NCBI GenBank assembly: GCA_963783375.1
Contig: CAWANH010000028.1
Span: forward strand, 704,001 to 768,000
Origin: Candidatus Eiseniibacteriota bacterium
GTDB taxonomy: Bacteria; Eisenbacteria; RBG-16-71-46; JABDJR01
Length of the DNA: 64,000 nucleotides
Reading direction: 5' to 3'
The translations under genes and the position numbers were made by a program. This document shows, piece by piece, positions 1 through 9,835 of this stretch (positions are counted from its first letter, which is position 1; each line of letters opens with the position of its first letter). Below the pieces are notes generated by a model. It saw only the letters and a list, made by a program, of their open reading frames with translations, was not told the origin of the DNA and searched no databases.

Positions 1-189
1 CTCGAGCACATTCCAGGGCGACCGCCGGAAGTCGAACCGCGAGGCAAAACCGTGGACGGCCGCCTACCAAAAAATCCAAGTCCTACTATCATTTGACCAA
101 ACCACGGCACCCGCGGGGTGTCAAGTCGCCGCGACGGTCGGGTTTCGGCCGCGGCTTTGCCCGTACCGCCCGTCATCGCCCGAACCGGG

Positions 190-1194
190 TCACCCCACGG
201 TCAGAATGATCTTTCCCTGGTTCCGATTCTCCGCCATGTATCGATGGGCGGCGGCGGCCTCGGCCAGCGGGAAGACCTTGTCCACCAGCGGCTTCAGGCG
301 CCCGTCCGCGAAGCAGGGCAGGGCGAACCCGGCGAAATCCCCGGCCACCCGGGCCTTGGTGCCGAACGGGGTGCCTCGGATGGTGGTCCCGGTCACCCGG
401 AGGTTCTTCCGCATCACCGGTCCCAGGTCCACTTCCCCCCGGGATCCCCCCAGGAAGCCGATCAGGGCAAGCCGGCCGCCGCGGCGAAGCGCCTTCAGGT
501 TCCAGTCCCAGTAGGGCACCCCCACGAAGTCCAGGATCAGGTCCACCCCCCGGCCCCCGGTGTGGGCGAGGGCGGCTTCGGCAAAGTCCTCGTGGTGGCG
601 ATGAATGGCGGCCTCCGCCCCGAGGCCCCGGCAGAAGGCCAGCTTCTCGTCGCTCCCGGCGGTGGCCAGGACCCGCGCCCCCAGCTCGCGGGCGAGCTGG
701 ATGGCCGCCGAGCCCACCCCGCTCGCCCCGGCGTGGATCAGGACGGTCTCGCCCTCGGCCAGGTCTCCCAGCTCCACCAGGTTCATCCACGCGGTGAGGA
801 AGGCTTCGGGGATGGCGGCGGCGGCGGTGAAGCTCATCCCCCGCGGCACCTCCATGGCCGCCGCAACCGGCACCGAGGCCAATTCGGCGTAGGCCCCGCC
901 GGTGACCAGGGCCATGATGCCGGCTCCGATCCCGGGGAGACCGGGGGCGCCGGAGGCATCGTCGTGGACCGGCGGGCCGTGGCCCACCACCTCGCCCGCC
1001 AGCTCCAGGCCGAGGATCGGCGAGGCGCCGGGAGGCGGCGGGTAGCGCCCCATGCGCTGTAGGAGGTCGGCGCGGTTCACCCCCGCCGCGTGGACCCGGA
1101 CCAGGATTTCTCCGGGACCGGGGACCGGATCGGGGGCCTCGCCGAGCTGCAATACTTCGGGTCCGCCGGGCTTCTCCACCAGGATCGCTTTCAT
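190..1194 (-). CDS. NAD(P)H-quinone oxidoreductase, zeta-crystallin/PIG3 family
   Basis: GVNRADLLQRMGRYPPP, LGLELAG, HAGASGVGSAAIQ and C-terminal GKIILTV are typical MDR-family motifs. Confidence 0.93.
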   Translation of the reverse strand: MKAILVEKPGGPEVLQLGEAPDPVPGPGEILVRVHAAGVNRADLLQRMGRYPPPPGASPILGLELAGEVVGHGPPVHDDASGAPGLPGIGAGIMALVTGGAYAELASVPVAAAMEVPRGMSFTAAAAIPEAFLTAWMNLVELGDLAEGETVLIHAGASGVGSAAIQLARELGARVLATAGSDEKLAFCRGLGAEAAIHRHHEDFAEAALAHTGGRGVDLILDFVGVPYWDWNLKALRRGGRLALIGFLGGSRGEVDLGPVMRKNLRVTGTTIRGTPFGTKARVAGDFAGFALPCFADGRLKPLVDKVFPLAEAAAAHRYMAENRNQGKIILTVG

Positions 1195-1481
1195 GGTCGG
1201 GCCTCTACTTTCCGGGATCCGGACTGCGGGTATTCACCGATCGCCTTCACCCCCAGTGTACCCGCACCGGCCTCCGTTCCGTCCAGGCCGTCCGATCCCG
1301 GTTTCCCATATGAAACTCAGCGTGGGGGACGGGCCATAAACGGACGCGATCGGTCGTTTGTGAAAACCGGTACAAGCCAAGAAATACCCTGGATGATCGG
1401 GAAAAACCGGCGTAGGTTGGGTGTGGGTCCGTCGATGCCGCCCCCCCTGCACGACCGGACCATCCGAAAGGAGCCTCCGCC

Positions 1482-4056
1482 ATGAAGTCCACCCTCGTGG
1501 CTCTCTCAGTCCTCGTTTTTCTCGCGGTCCTCCTCCCCCCGCCCGCATCCGCCCAGCCGGGCGGCCAGTCGGCCTCGGTGGTCGCACTCCACGTCCAGGC
1601 CCACAACACGAAGGGGCTCGGCTGCGCCAACTTGAGCTCGGCCCTTCCCTGCAGCGATTACACCACCGAGTGGCCGTTGCACTCGGCGGCGGACGTCTAC
1701 CTGGTAGTGGCGAAGGCGCAGCCCAACCTGGGCATCAGCGCGGTGAGCTGCGGCATCAAGTACGACGCCCTCGGAACTCTGACCGACGGCGTCGGATGCG
1801 ATGTCTTCGGTTACACCTTTTGCTCCGACCTGGAATACACCAACAGCGCCGACGGGAACCCGCAGCACGAATGGCCCTATTCGGGGGGTGGGGACCGCCT
1901 GATCTGGGTCCGCACCTCGAACTGCCAACGGGACGAGATCGCACCGGACGGGGTGCATGCGGTGGCCTGCGCGTTCTACGTCTACGCCTATAGCGCCGAC
2001 CGGTTCGAGGTGACCCGAAACATAAACCTGATCTACCGGGCCCGAGTTTCGAGGTCGTGGACTGCATCGGCCCCGCGCTCTGGGACCTGTTCTATCCCGA
2101 CGCCGCGGGAGTAATCGGCTTCGGCCAGACAGGGTACAACCCCTGTACGCGCGCCGGAGGGGGCTGGAGCGATCTGTACCTGGTCGGGGCCACCGGCGTG
2201 GGGGGATCGAACCTCGTGACGGTGCACTTCAGCCTCGATGTGGCCGGGGGAGCCATCGATCCCTCCAACTATCGCGTTTACCGGACGTACAATCCGACGG
2301 ATGAACTGGGAGTCACCGGGGCTTCGGTCACCGGTTCCACCGTGGTCCTTACCCTGGACGGGGCGCTGCTCGGAACCGGCGACTACACGGTGGAGGTCTC
2401 GAACGTCGAGGACACGAACGGGAATGCGATCTTCCCGGGCTCGACCGCGAATTTCATCGCCAGCGGCGGGGATACCGCGCCGCCCACCCTGGTCAGCGCC
2501 GACGGCACCGGAGGCACCGACCAGGTGACGGTGACCTTCAGTGAAAACGTGATCTACGGCGCGAGCGTCGCGTCCAACTACACGGTGTACCCGACCTCCG
2601 ATCCGTCCTCGCCCCTCGTCGTGTCCGGAGCGACCCGGCTCAACAACGTGGTCACGCTCTATCTCGGGTCGAGCCTGGCCGGCTCCACGTCGTACACCGT
2701 TTCCGTCTCCAACGTTCAGGACGCGGCCGGAAACTCCATCGCTTCCAACTCGACCGCGAGCTTCACCACCGGGGGGGACAACACGCCGCCGACTCTATCG
2801 AGCGCCGCCGGCACAGTCGGCCAGAGCACCGTCGCCCTCACGTTCAGCGAGACTCTGGGGGCCGGGGCCAACACCGCCGCGAACTACGGCGTCTTCCCGA
2901 ACGCCGACCCGTCCTCGCCGCTCACGGTGACCGCGGCGTCCAATTCCGGGAACCAGGTCTCCCTGACCCTGGGCTCGGCCCTCGCGGGGGCTCGACCGCC
3001 TACACGGTGACCGTCTCCAACGTCCAGGACGTTGCCGGAAACACCATCGCTCCCAACTCGACCGCGAGCTTCACCACCGGAGGGAACGACACAACACCTC
3101 CCGCCCTCACCAGCGCCGTGGGTACGCCCGGTTCCAACAACGTGACCGTGCGGTTCAGCGAGCCGGTAGTGGCAGGCACGGCCGAAGTGTCGAACTACAG
3201 CGTGTACCCCACCGCCAACCCTTCGGGAACGCTCGTGGTGAACGCGGCGGTGCCGACGGGATCCCAGGTGAGCCTCGCCCTGGCCTCGAATCTGGTTGCT
3301 GGCACTTCGTACACGGTAGCGGTTTCGAACGTTGCCGATGCGGCGGGGAACGTGATCGCGCTGAACTCGACCGTGAGCTTCACCACCGAGGTGATCGGAG
3401 CGCCCGGCGATCAGTCCGGAGCGGTGGTGGCACTCCACGTCCAGGCCCATGACACAAAGGGCCTGAACTGCACCGACCTGGATCCGAATCTCCCGTGTGA
3501 CCGGTTCATCCACACCTGGCCGACGGGTTCGGGGGCCGACGTCTTCATGGTGATCTGCATGGGAGACCCGGTGGTCGGCGTGAGTGGCGTGAGCCTGGGC
3601 GTCCAGTACGCCAATACCGCCACCTTGGCCGACGGGGTGGGCTGCGACGTATTCAGCTACACTGCCTGTTCGGATCTCGAGTACCCCAACAGCCCGGACG
3701 GCAACGTCGCCCACGAGTTCCCGTACTCCGGCGGGGGCAACCGGCTGATCTGGGTGCGGACCTCCAACTGCCAGCGCCACGAAGTGGATTCGTGGGGGGT
3801 GCAGGCGGTGGTGTGCGCGTTCTACGTCTACGCGTACGGTCCCGACCAGTTCCAGGTGGACATGAACCGGAACCTCGAGACCGGTCCCGAGTTCCAGATC
3901 GTGGACTGTCCCGGGCCGTACCTGTCGGATATACCGTGGCCCGAACACGCCGGCGTCGTCGGGTTCGGCCAGGACCGCTCCGGCTACAGTCCCTGCACCG
4001 CGATGGTGCCCACGGTGAGGACGACCTGGGGGAAGCTCAAGAACCAGTACCGGTGA
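1482..4056 (+). CDS. Large secreted protein (~856 aa, frameshifted in this sequence): Cys-rich domain, 4 Ig-like repeats, duplicated Cys-rich domain, TWGKLKNQYR tail
   Basis: AAGGAG RBS and signal peptide at 1482. ORFs 1482-2114, 2057-3010 and 3007-4056 join after removing 2 extra bases near 2034/2049 and 2 G near 2986-2990. The internal repeats (NLETGPEFQIVDC, LAGSTSYTV) define the correct frame. Four VTVxFSE...NYxVY Ig-like units, three starting DxxPPxL. Confidence 0.85.
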
Positions 4057-4208
4057 AACGCGTTCGCCCCGGCACAAGGCCGGGTCCACGCCGGCCCGAG
4101 GCTGCTGGCGCAGCGGTTTTTCCAAAATCGGTCTTGTGATATGGTCGAGCGGCATTCCGCCCGGTTCCGGAACCGTTGACCGTCGCCCGACCCCCGGCGG
4201 CACCGGCA

Positions 4209-5714
4209 ATGATCGGCGACACCATGCACGTGCTGTTCGTCTTCCCCGACCTGTCGTCGGACGTCACCCATTACACCGGGGTGCCCTCCTACGGGGTGGC
4301 GCTGCTCTCCGCGGTGCTGAAGCGCCACGGCCACACCACATCCCTCTACCACCTCACCCACACGCCCACCGAGGCGGAGTTCCGGGATCGCGTCCGGTCC
4401 GTTCGGCCCGACCTGGTGGCGTTCTCCTCCAACAGCCATTACGCCCGGCGGCTCGGCGCATGGACGGCGTGGGCGCGCGATGCCTCCGGCGCGCCGGTGG
4501 CGGTGGGGGGGATCCACGCCACCCTTGCTCCCGAGGAGGTGGCCGCGCTCCCCGCGGTGGATTTCATTTGCGTGGGAGAGGGCGAGAACGCGCTTCCCGC
4601 CCTCTGCCGGGCCCTGGAGACCGGCGGGGATGCCTCGGGTATCGCGAACCTGTGGGTCCGGAATGGATCCGGTATGCGGAGGAACGACCCGGGGCCGCTC
4701 TGGCGCGACCTGGACCTGCTCCCCGAACCCGACCTCTCCGTCTTCGACTTCGCCAATCTCTACCCGGTCCGGCGGGGGACATTCTCCTATCTCATGTCCC
4801 GGGGTTGCGCCTTCGGCTGCTCCTATTGTTGCGTGCACAAACTCCGGAACCTCGCGCCGGCCGGGGGCGGGTTTTGGCGATTCCTCTCCCCCGAATACGC
4901 AGTCGCCCAGCTCCGAGCCCTCATCGATCGCTACATGCCTGGCGCGGCCCGGGTGAACTTCCTCGACGCCATCCTCTTTCCCAATCGAAAGTGGCTGGAG
5001 GCCTTCGCGCCCCTTTACCGCGATCGGATCGGTCTTCCGTTCACCTGCAACATGCGGGCGGATCTACTGAACCCGGAAGTGGCGAAGATCCTGGCCGACA
5101 TGGGATGCCGGGTGGTCCGGATGGGGGTGGAATCGGGGGACCAGGCCCTGACCACCGAGGTCCTGGCGCGGCGGCTCGACCTCGACGATATCCGCCGCGC
5201 GTTCGCGGTGCTTCGCGAGCACGGGATCCGGCGTTGGTCCTACAACATGGTCGGCCTCCCCTCCGAGAGCCTGGGGAAGGCGCTCAAGACCGTGCGGCTG
5301 AACGCGGAGATCCGGCCGGATCTTGCCCTGGCCTTCATCTTCTACCCCTATCCCGGCACCCGGCTCCACGATCTCGGCCGCGCGGAGGGCTGGCTCACCG
5401 CCCGGGAGTTCGACCACTACCAGGTGAACGTCGCCACCCGAATCCCCGGCTTCCCCCCCGACGACATCCTCTTCGTCCACCGCTTCTTCAACCGGCTGAT
5501 CTCCGTATACGGGATCGGTCACCGTCTTCCCGGAGGGCTTCGCGCCGCCTGGCCCGACAGTCTGGACGCCCTTCTCACGAGCCGGTTGTTCCCCCGGACC
5601 GGGTTCGTCCGGTGGCGGGAGACCTACAAACGGCTCCGGCACCGGACGGGCGAATTCCTGGTGCGCCGCTCACCCGCCGTCTACCGGCTTCTCGGCGGGA
5701 CGGACCCCGCTTGA
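4209..5714 (+). CDS. Cobalamin-binding radical SAM protein
   Basis: N-terminal B12-binding domain (VGGIHAT, VGEGE), CAFGCSYC CxxxCxxC motif, GVESG, NMVGLPSE, PYPGT. Confidence 0.92.
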   Translation: MIGDTMHVLFVFPDLSSDVTHYTGVPSYGVALLSAVLKRHGHTTSLYHLTHTPTEAEFRDRVRSVRPDLVAFSSNSHYARRLGAWTAWARDASGAPVAVGGIHATLAPEEVAALPAVDFICVGEGENALPALCRALETGGDASGIANLWVRNGSGMRRNDPGPLWRDLDLLPEPDLSVFDFANLYPVRRGTFSYLMSRGCAFGCSYCCVHKLRNLAPAGGGFWRFLSPEYAVAQLRALIDRYMPGAARVNFLDAILFPNRKWLEAFAPLYRDRIGLPFTCNMRADLLNPEVAKILADMGCRVVRMGVESGDQALTTEVLARRLDLDDIRRAFAVLREHGIRRWSYNMVGLPSESLGKALKTVRLNAEIRPDLALAFIFYPYPGTRLHDLGRAEGWLTAREFDHYQVNVATRIPGFPPDDILFVHRFFNRLISVYGIGHRLPGGLRAAWPDSLDALLTSRLFPRTGFVRWRETYKRLRHRTGEFLVRRSPAVYRLLGGTDPA

Positions 5715-6676
5715 TGCGCGCATGGAACGCGGTGCCCGCCCCGCTCGAGGTGTCGGTGACCCACCATCTCATGGCCGGCGCGGTCTCCGCGGCGGTGGAC
5801 GACCTGGTCGGCGACGCCTTCTTCGCTTCGCCGGGGTTCGCCGGGTTGTGGCGATGGATGGGTGGGCTGCCGGTGGCCTGGACCGCGGAGGCCGATGGGC
5901 GCATCGTCGCCGCGCTTCCCGGGGTGGAGTTCGGCCGGGGCCCCCTGGCCCGCTTTCACTCCATGCCTGACGGATGCTACGGCGGGGTCTTCGTGGCTCC
6001 GGCACACGAAACCGAGCGGGCCGGCCTCGTCCGCGCGCTGCTGGACGCGGTGGTCGAGCGCGGGTACCTGAAGACCTTCATCTTCGATTTCCACCGCACC
6101 ATAGCCGGACATCCGGCCTTCATTGCGGAGCCCTGCCGCGCCTCGGTGGTGGACATCGGCGGCCCCGGGTGGGTTCCCCCCGACGCCAAACTTCGCTCCC
6201 AGATCCGAAAGGGCCGGCGGGAAGGGGTGACCTACGAGCGCTTCCGGTGGGATCCTCACCACCGGGGCTTTCTCCGCATCATGCGGGAGACGGAGGCCAG
6301 GCACGGTCAATCTCCCCGCTACCCCGACGCGCTCTATCGATCCCTGGCCGACCTCGCCGAGCGGGATTCGAGGGTGCGTTGGGTGTGGTGCGAGCACGGG
6401 GGCGAGCCGGCCTGCTCCCATATCTACTTTCTGGAGAGAGGGACGCTCCAGGCCTGGCAGTCCTATTTCAACAAGGCGTTCTCCCATCTCAAGCCCAACC
6501 AGACCCTTCGCTTCGATCTCTGCCGGAGCGTGGCCCGGGACGGTGTGGAGCGGATGAACCTGGGGGCGACCCCCCCGATCGCGGCCGGCCTCGCCCACTA
6601 CAAGTCCCGCTGGGGGGGCCGGCGGGTGAGCTATCCCTGTCTCGTCCGCCGGACCGGGCTTGGACGCTGGATCTGA
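5714..6676 (+). CDS. GNAT-fold protein of FemAB/CelD-BcsL type
   Basis: ATG overlaps the radical SAM stop (TGATG). LRSQIRKGRREGV, PN, MNLGAT, GLAHYKSRWGG match the FemAB-like/Acetyltransf_6 pattern. Confidence 0.82.
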   Translation: MRAWNAVPAPLEVSVTHHLMAGAVSAAVDDLVGDAFFASPGFAGLWRWMGGLPVAWTAEADGRIVAALPGVEFGRGPLARFHSMPDGCYGGVFVAPAHETERAGLVRALLDAVVERGYLKTFIFDFHRTIAGHPAFIAEPCRASVVDIGGPGWVPPDAKLRSQIRKGRREGVTYERFRWDPHHRGFLRIMRETEARHGQSPRYPDALYRSLADLAERDSRVRWVWCEHGGEPACSHIYFLERGTLQAWQSYFNKAFSHLKPNQTLRFDLCRSVARDGVERMNLGATPPIAAGLAHYKSRWGGRRVSYPCLVRRTGLGRWI

Positions 6677-6842
6677 CCCGCTATCGGCACGGAGGTCACC
6701 CAACACCGTTAGGGGAGGCTTCCCGTCCCCCCATCGAGCCGCCGACCGAAACCGTGTATTCTCAGGGCGGCGGCGCCCCACGCGCCCACCCGGCCGAACG
6801 CCCAGCGCGAGATCCGACCGAACGCCAACCACGGAGGCCCCC

Positions 6843-7325
6843 ATGCCCGACGAGGAACGCTACACCCTGGCCGAAGCCGGGGCGACGTTCGCCCGGCGCC
6901 TGCACGGCGAGGTCTGGACCCTGATGGAGCAGACCGACCGCACCCCCGCCGAAGCCGAACGAATGCTCTACGCCGCCTTCGCCTCGACCTACCACTGGCT
7001 GGATGCGGGGACCGGGGTCAACCACCAGCGCGGGGAGTGGTTGATCGCCCGGGTGTGCGCGGTGCTGGGAGACGGACCGGCGGCGCTCAGGCACGCCGAG
7101 CGTTGCGACGCCCTGACCCGGGAGCACGCCGATCTCATGGAGGACTTCGACCGCGCCTTCAACCTGGAGATGCTGGCCCGGGCCCACGCGGTGAGCGGCG
7201 AGCGCGCGAAGGCCGAGGAGTACCTCGATCAGGCCAAGAAGGCGGGAGCGGAGATCGTGGACGAGGAGGATCGGAGGATCTTCTTCGACCAGCTCGCCTG
7301 GGGGGATTGGCGGGAAAGCCGGTAG
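6843..7325 (+). CDS. Conserved all-helical hypothetical protein
   Basis: GGAGG RBS, GC3-rich codons, ASTYHW...NHQRGEWLIARV motif. Confidence 0.8.
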   Translation: MPDEERYTLAEAGATFARRLHGEVWTLMEQTDRTPAEAERMLYAAFASTYHWLDAGTGVNHQRGEWLIARVCAVLGDGPAALRHAERCDALTREHADLMEDFDRAFNLEMLARAHAVSGERAKAEEYLDQAKKAGAEIVDEEDRRIFFDQLAWGDWRESR

Positions 7326-7333
7326 GGGGGCGG

Positions 7334-8248
7334 ATGGGGCTGTTCGGGCTCTTCGGGGACAATCTTCTTCCCGTGCTGTTGGCCGCCGGGGTGGGCTACG
7401 TGCTCCGCGCCCGGGTCCAGGTCGGCGCGCGCTCGATGTCCCGGGTGGCGTTTCTGGTTTTCTCCCCCTGCCTGGTCTTCGAGATCATCGTGGAGAACCA
7501 CCTCTCCGGCGGGGACATGCTGCAGATGGCGGCGTTCACCCTGATCGGGCTTCTGGGGCTGGGAGCGGTGGCCGGGATCCTGGCCCGGCGCTTCGGATGG
7601 AGCCGCTCGCTGACCGCGGGGGTGGTGCTGACCGTGCTACTCCCCAACGCGGGAAACTTCGGCCTTTCCGCCAACCTCTTCGCCTTCGGGAAGCCCGGGC
7701 TCGCCCAGGCCAGCCTCTACTTCGTGACCTCGGCGGTGGTCTCCTACACCGTCGGGGTGTTCGTGGCCTCCCTGGGGCGGATGAGCGTGCGGCGGGCGCT
7801 CCTCGGCCTCCCCAGGATCCCCACGGTGTGGGCGGTCCTGTTGGCCTTCGTGATGGTCCGCTACGGGTGGTCGCTCCCCTTTCCGGCGGCCCGGGCGGTC
7901 AAGCTCCTCGCCGACGCAACCATCCCGGTCATGCTGGTCATCCTCGGCATGCAGCTCCACGGTGCGCGGCTGGCCGGGCGGGTGGCGCCCCTGAGCCTGG
8001 CCGTATCGCTGCGCCTGGTGGGGGGCGCGCTATTCGGGCTCCTCCTGGCGCGGCTGATCGGGCTCGAGGGCGCGGCCCGACAGGCCGGCGTGCTCGAGGC
8101 GGCCATGCCCTCGGCGGTGATCAGCATCATCCTGGCCACCGAGTACGACGTGGAGCCCGAGTTCGTCACCAGCGTGGTCTTCGCCACCACCATCCTCTGT
8201 CCCCTCACCCTGACCCCGCTCCTGTCCATTCTGGGGGCCGGGCGGTGA
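7334..8248 (+). CDS. AEC (auxin efflux carrier) family transporter
   Basis: ~10 TM segments; PNAGNFG, TIPVMLVILG, AMPSAV motifs. Confidence 0.92.
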   Translation: MGLFGLFGDNLLPVLLAAGVGYVLRARVQVGARSMSRVAFLVFSPCLVFEIIVENHLSGGDMLQMAAFTLIGLLGLGAVAGILARRFGWSRSLTAGVVLTVLLPNAGNFGLSANLFAFGKPGLAQASLYFVTSAVVSYTVGVFVASLGRMSVRRALLGLPRIPTVWAVLLAFVMVRYGWSLPFPAARAVKLLADATIPVMLVILGMQLHGARLAGRVAPLSLAVSLRLVGGALFGLLLARLIGLEGAARQAGVLEAAMPSAVISIILATEYDVEPEFVTSVVFATTILCPLTLTPLLSILGAGR

Positions 8249-9228
8249 GCCGTCCCGTCGGCGTGTACGTGGGGAGGGGGATGGCCGCCTACGGCTTCAC
8301 CCGAGGCTCCGCCCCCGGCGGAAAGCACTACTACGGCCCCGACCGCTTCGACGCGTTCTTCGACCGGCTCCGCGAATGCGGCCTGGACGCACGGGTGGAT
8401 CTGTTGGACGCGGGGCCCGCCGAAGACGACGAGCTGCTCCTCTTCCACCGCCTCGACTACCTGGAGCGGGTGCGCCGGCTTTGCGCGGCGGACCAGGGCA
8501 CCCTGGATCACGGGCCCACCCCCGCTGAGCGCGACATGGACCGGGCCGCCGCCTGCGTGGTGGGAGCGGTTCTGGACGGAGCGCGGAGGGTCCTGGACGG
8601 CCGGAACCGGCGGGTGTTCGTTCCCGTCTCGGGGTTCCACCACGGCCGGCCGGATCGTACCGCCGACTACTGCATCTTCAACGACTGCGCGGTGCTGCTC
8701 CGTTTCCTGGTGGAGCGGGAGGGCTTCGTCCGGGTGGCCTACGTGGACATCGACGTCCATCTGGGGGACGGGGTCTACGAGGCGTTCCTTGACGATCCCA
8801 GGGTGGCGATCGCCGACCTCCACCAGGACGCCCGCACCTTCTGGTACGCATCACCCGAAGACACCGAGGTTCCGCCGCCGGAGCGACCGGAAAAGCTCTG
8901 CGTGGCCCTTCCGGCGGGAGCCGGCGACCGTGAGTTCCTGACCGCCTGGGAACGGGTGGAGACGCTGCTGGGGGAGTTCCGCCCGGAGTTCATCGTCTTC
9001 GTGGCCGGGGCCGACGCCATGGCCGGGGACCGGCTGGGGGGCCTGGCGCTCACCCCCGTGGTGTACCGCCATGCGGCCACGCGCCTCTCCGCGCTGGCCG
9101 AGCGGTACTCGGGGGGGCGCCTGTTGGTCCTCGGGGGAGGCGGGTACCACCTCGCCAACCTCGCCGACGCCTGGACGGCCACGGTCGAAGCGCTCGTCGA
9201 CGCACCGCTCGGTATGGTCGGGGCGTGA
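8245..9228 (+). CDS. Histone deacetylase/AcuC family Zn-dependent deacetylase
   Basis: GFHHG, IFND, DIDVHLGDG, GADAMAGDRLG, GGGGY motifs; GTG overlaps the AEC stop. Confidence 0.9.
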   Translation: MSRPVGVYVGRGMAAYGFTRGSAPGGKHYYGPDRFDAFFDRLRECGLDARVDLLDAGPAEDDELLLFHRLDYLERVRRLCAADQGTLDHGPTPAERDMDRAAACVVGAVLDGARRVLDGRNRRVFVPVSGFHHGRPDRTADYCIFNDCAVLLRFLVEREGFVRVAYVDIDVHLGDGVYEAFLDDPRVAIADLHQDARTFWYASPEDTEVPPPERPEKLCVALPAGAGDREFLTAWERVETLLGEFRPEFIVFVAGADAMAGDRLGGLALTPVVYRHAATRLSALAERYSGGRLLVLGGGGYHLANLADAWTATVEALVDAPLGMVGA

Positions 9229-9375
9229 CCGCGACGACCTGAACCGTGCTACTCACGACCTATGCGCTTGTATCCTGGTGTACCCGGGTACTCCTTGTTC
9301 GCAAATTGAGGTTTCGTTGAGGCGTGGCCGTGTTCCCCCGGGGAAGCAATGTTCGCAATGAAGGCACTGATCCGA

Positions 9376-9594
9376 CCCGGCCCGGGAGGAGCGGGCACTT
9401 GCCCCGCTCCGACGCCGTGGCCTCTTCGACGGAACGGGTGTGAACGGGCATTGCGGGCAATGATGTGAGGGTCGGCCGGGCCGAGTGAACGGGTCCCGTT
9501 TCGTCGAAGGAGAGCGCGAAGGAGCGTCCGGCGGACGGTCCGAGCGCTCGCGCCCAAGGCGGATCGGGGCATGACCGCGACGACCCGGGCCGGG
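9376..9594 (+). repeat. Dispersed structured element, copy 1 (terminal IR CCCGGCCCGGG/CCCGGGCCGGG)
   Basis: Aligns over ~220 bp with 50422-50640; nested stems; intergenic between convergent genes. Confidence 0.85.
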
Positions 9595-9717
9595 GCCAAC
9601 CAAGCGGCGAGCACGCACCTTCCTCCCCGGACCGCGACGACCCGGGCCGGGGCGAACCAGGCACCACGCATGGGGGTCCCAGACCGCGACGACCCGGGCC
9701 GGGGCGAACCAGGCACC
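9573..9717 (+). repeat. Three ~36-bp direct repeats (GACCGCGACGACCCGGGCCGGGGCGAACCAGGCACC) with 21- and 16-bp spacers
   Basis: Units start at 9573, 9630 and 9682; units 2 and 3 are identical; the unit is the 3' end of the structured element. Confidence 0.85.
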
Positions 9718-9835
9718 GAGCGTCAGGCGAAGAGACACCGCGGGCCGGAGCGACAGGCGCCCCGGCCCGGGATGGGTCCCGTATGCGCAAATCGTCGCCG
9801 GGCGCCGGCGGGACACCGAACGCCCGGCGATGTCG

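Noticed and set aside
4136-5713. 846-aa ORF as one protein
   Set aside because: The first 526 codons are an off-frame shadow of the radical SAM gene; only 5714-6676 looks coding.
6681-6711. Third sigma28 promoter (GCCGATAG, minus strand)
   Set aside because: The nearest -35-like TAAC is 19 nt away and it would point antisense into the GNAT gene.
9507-9530. Glycine riboswitch (GGAGAG...CGAAGGAGC)
   Set aside because: There is no room for P2 and no CUCUCAGG, and neither copy lies upstream of a same-strand gene.
9573-9717. CRISPR array
   Set aside because: Only 3 units, spacers of 16-21 bp are too short and unequal, no cas genes are present, and the unit is the end of a larger dispersed element.
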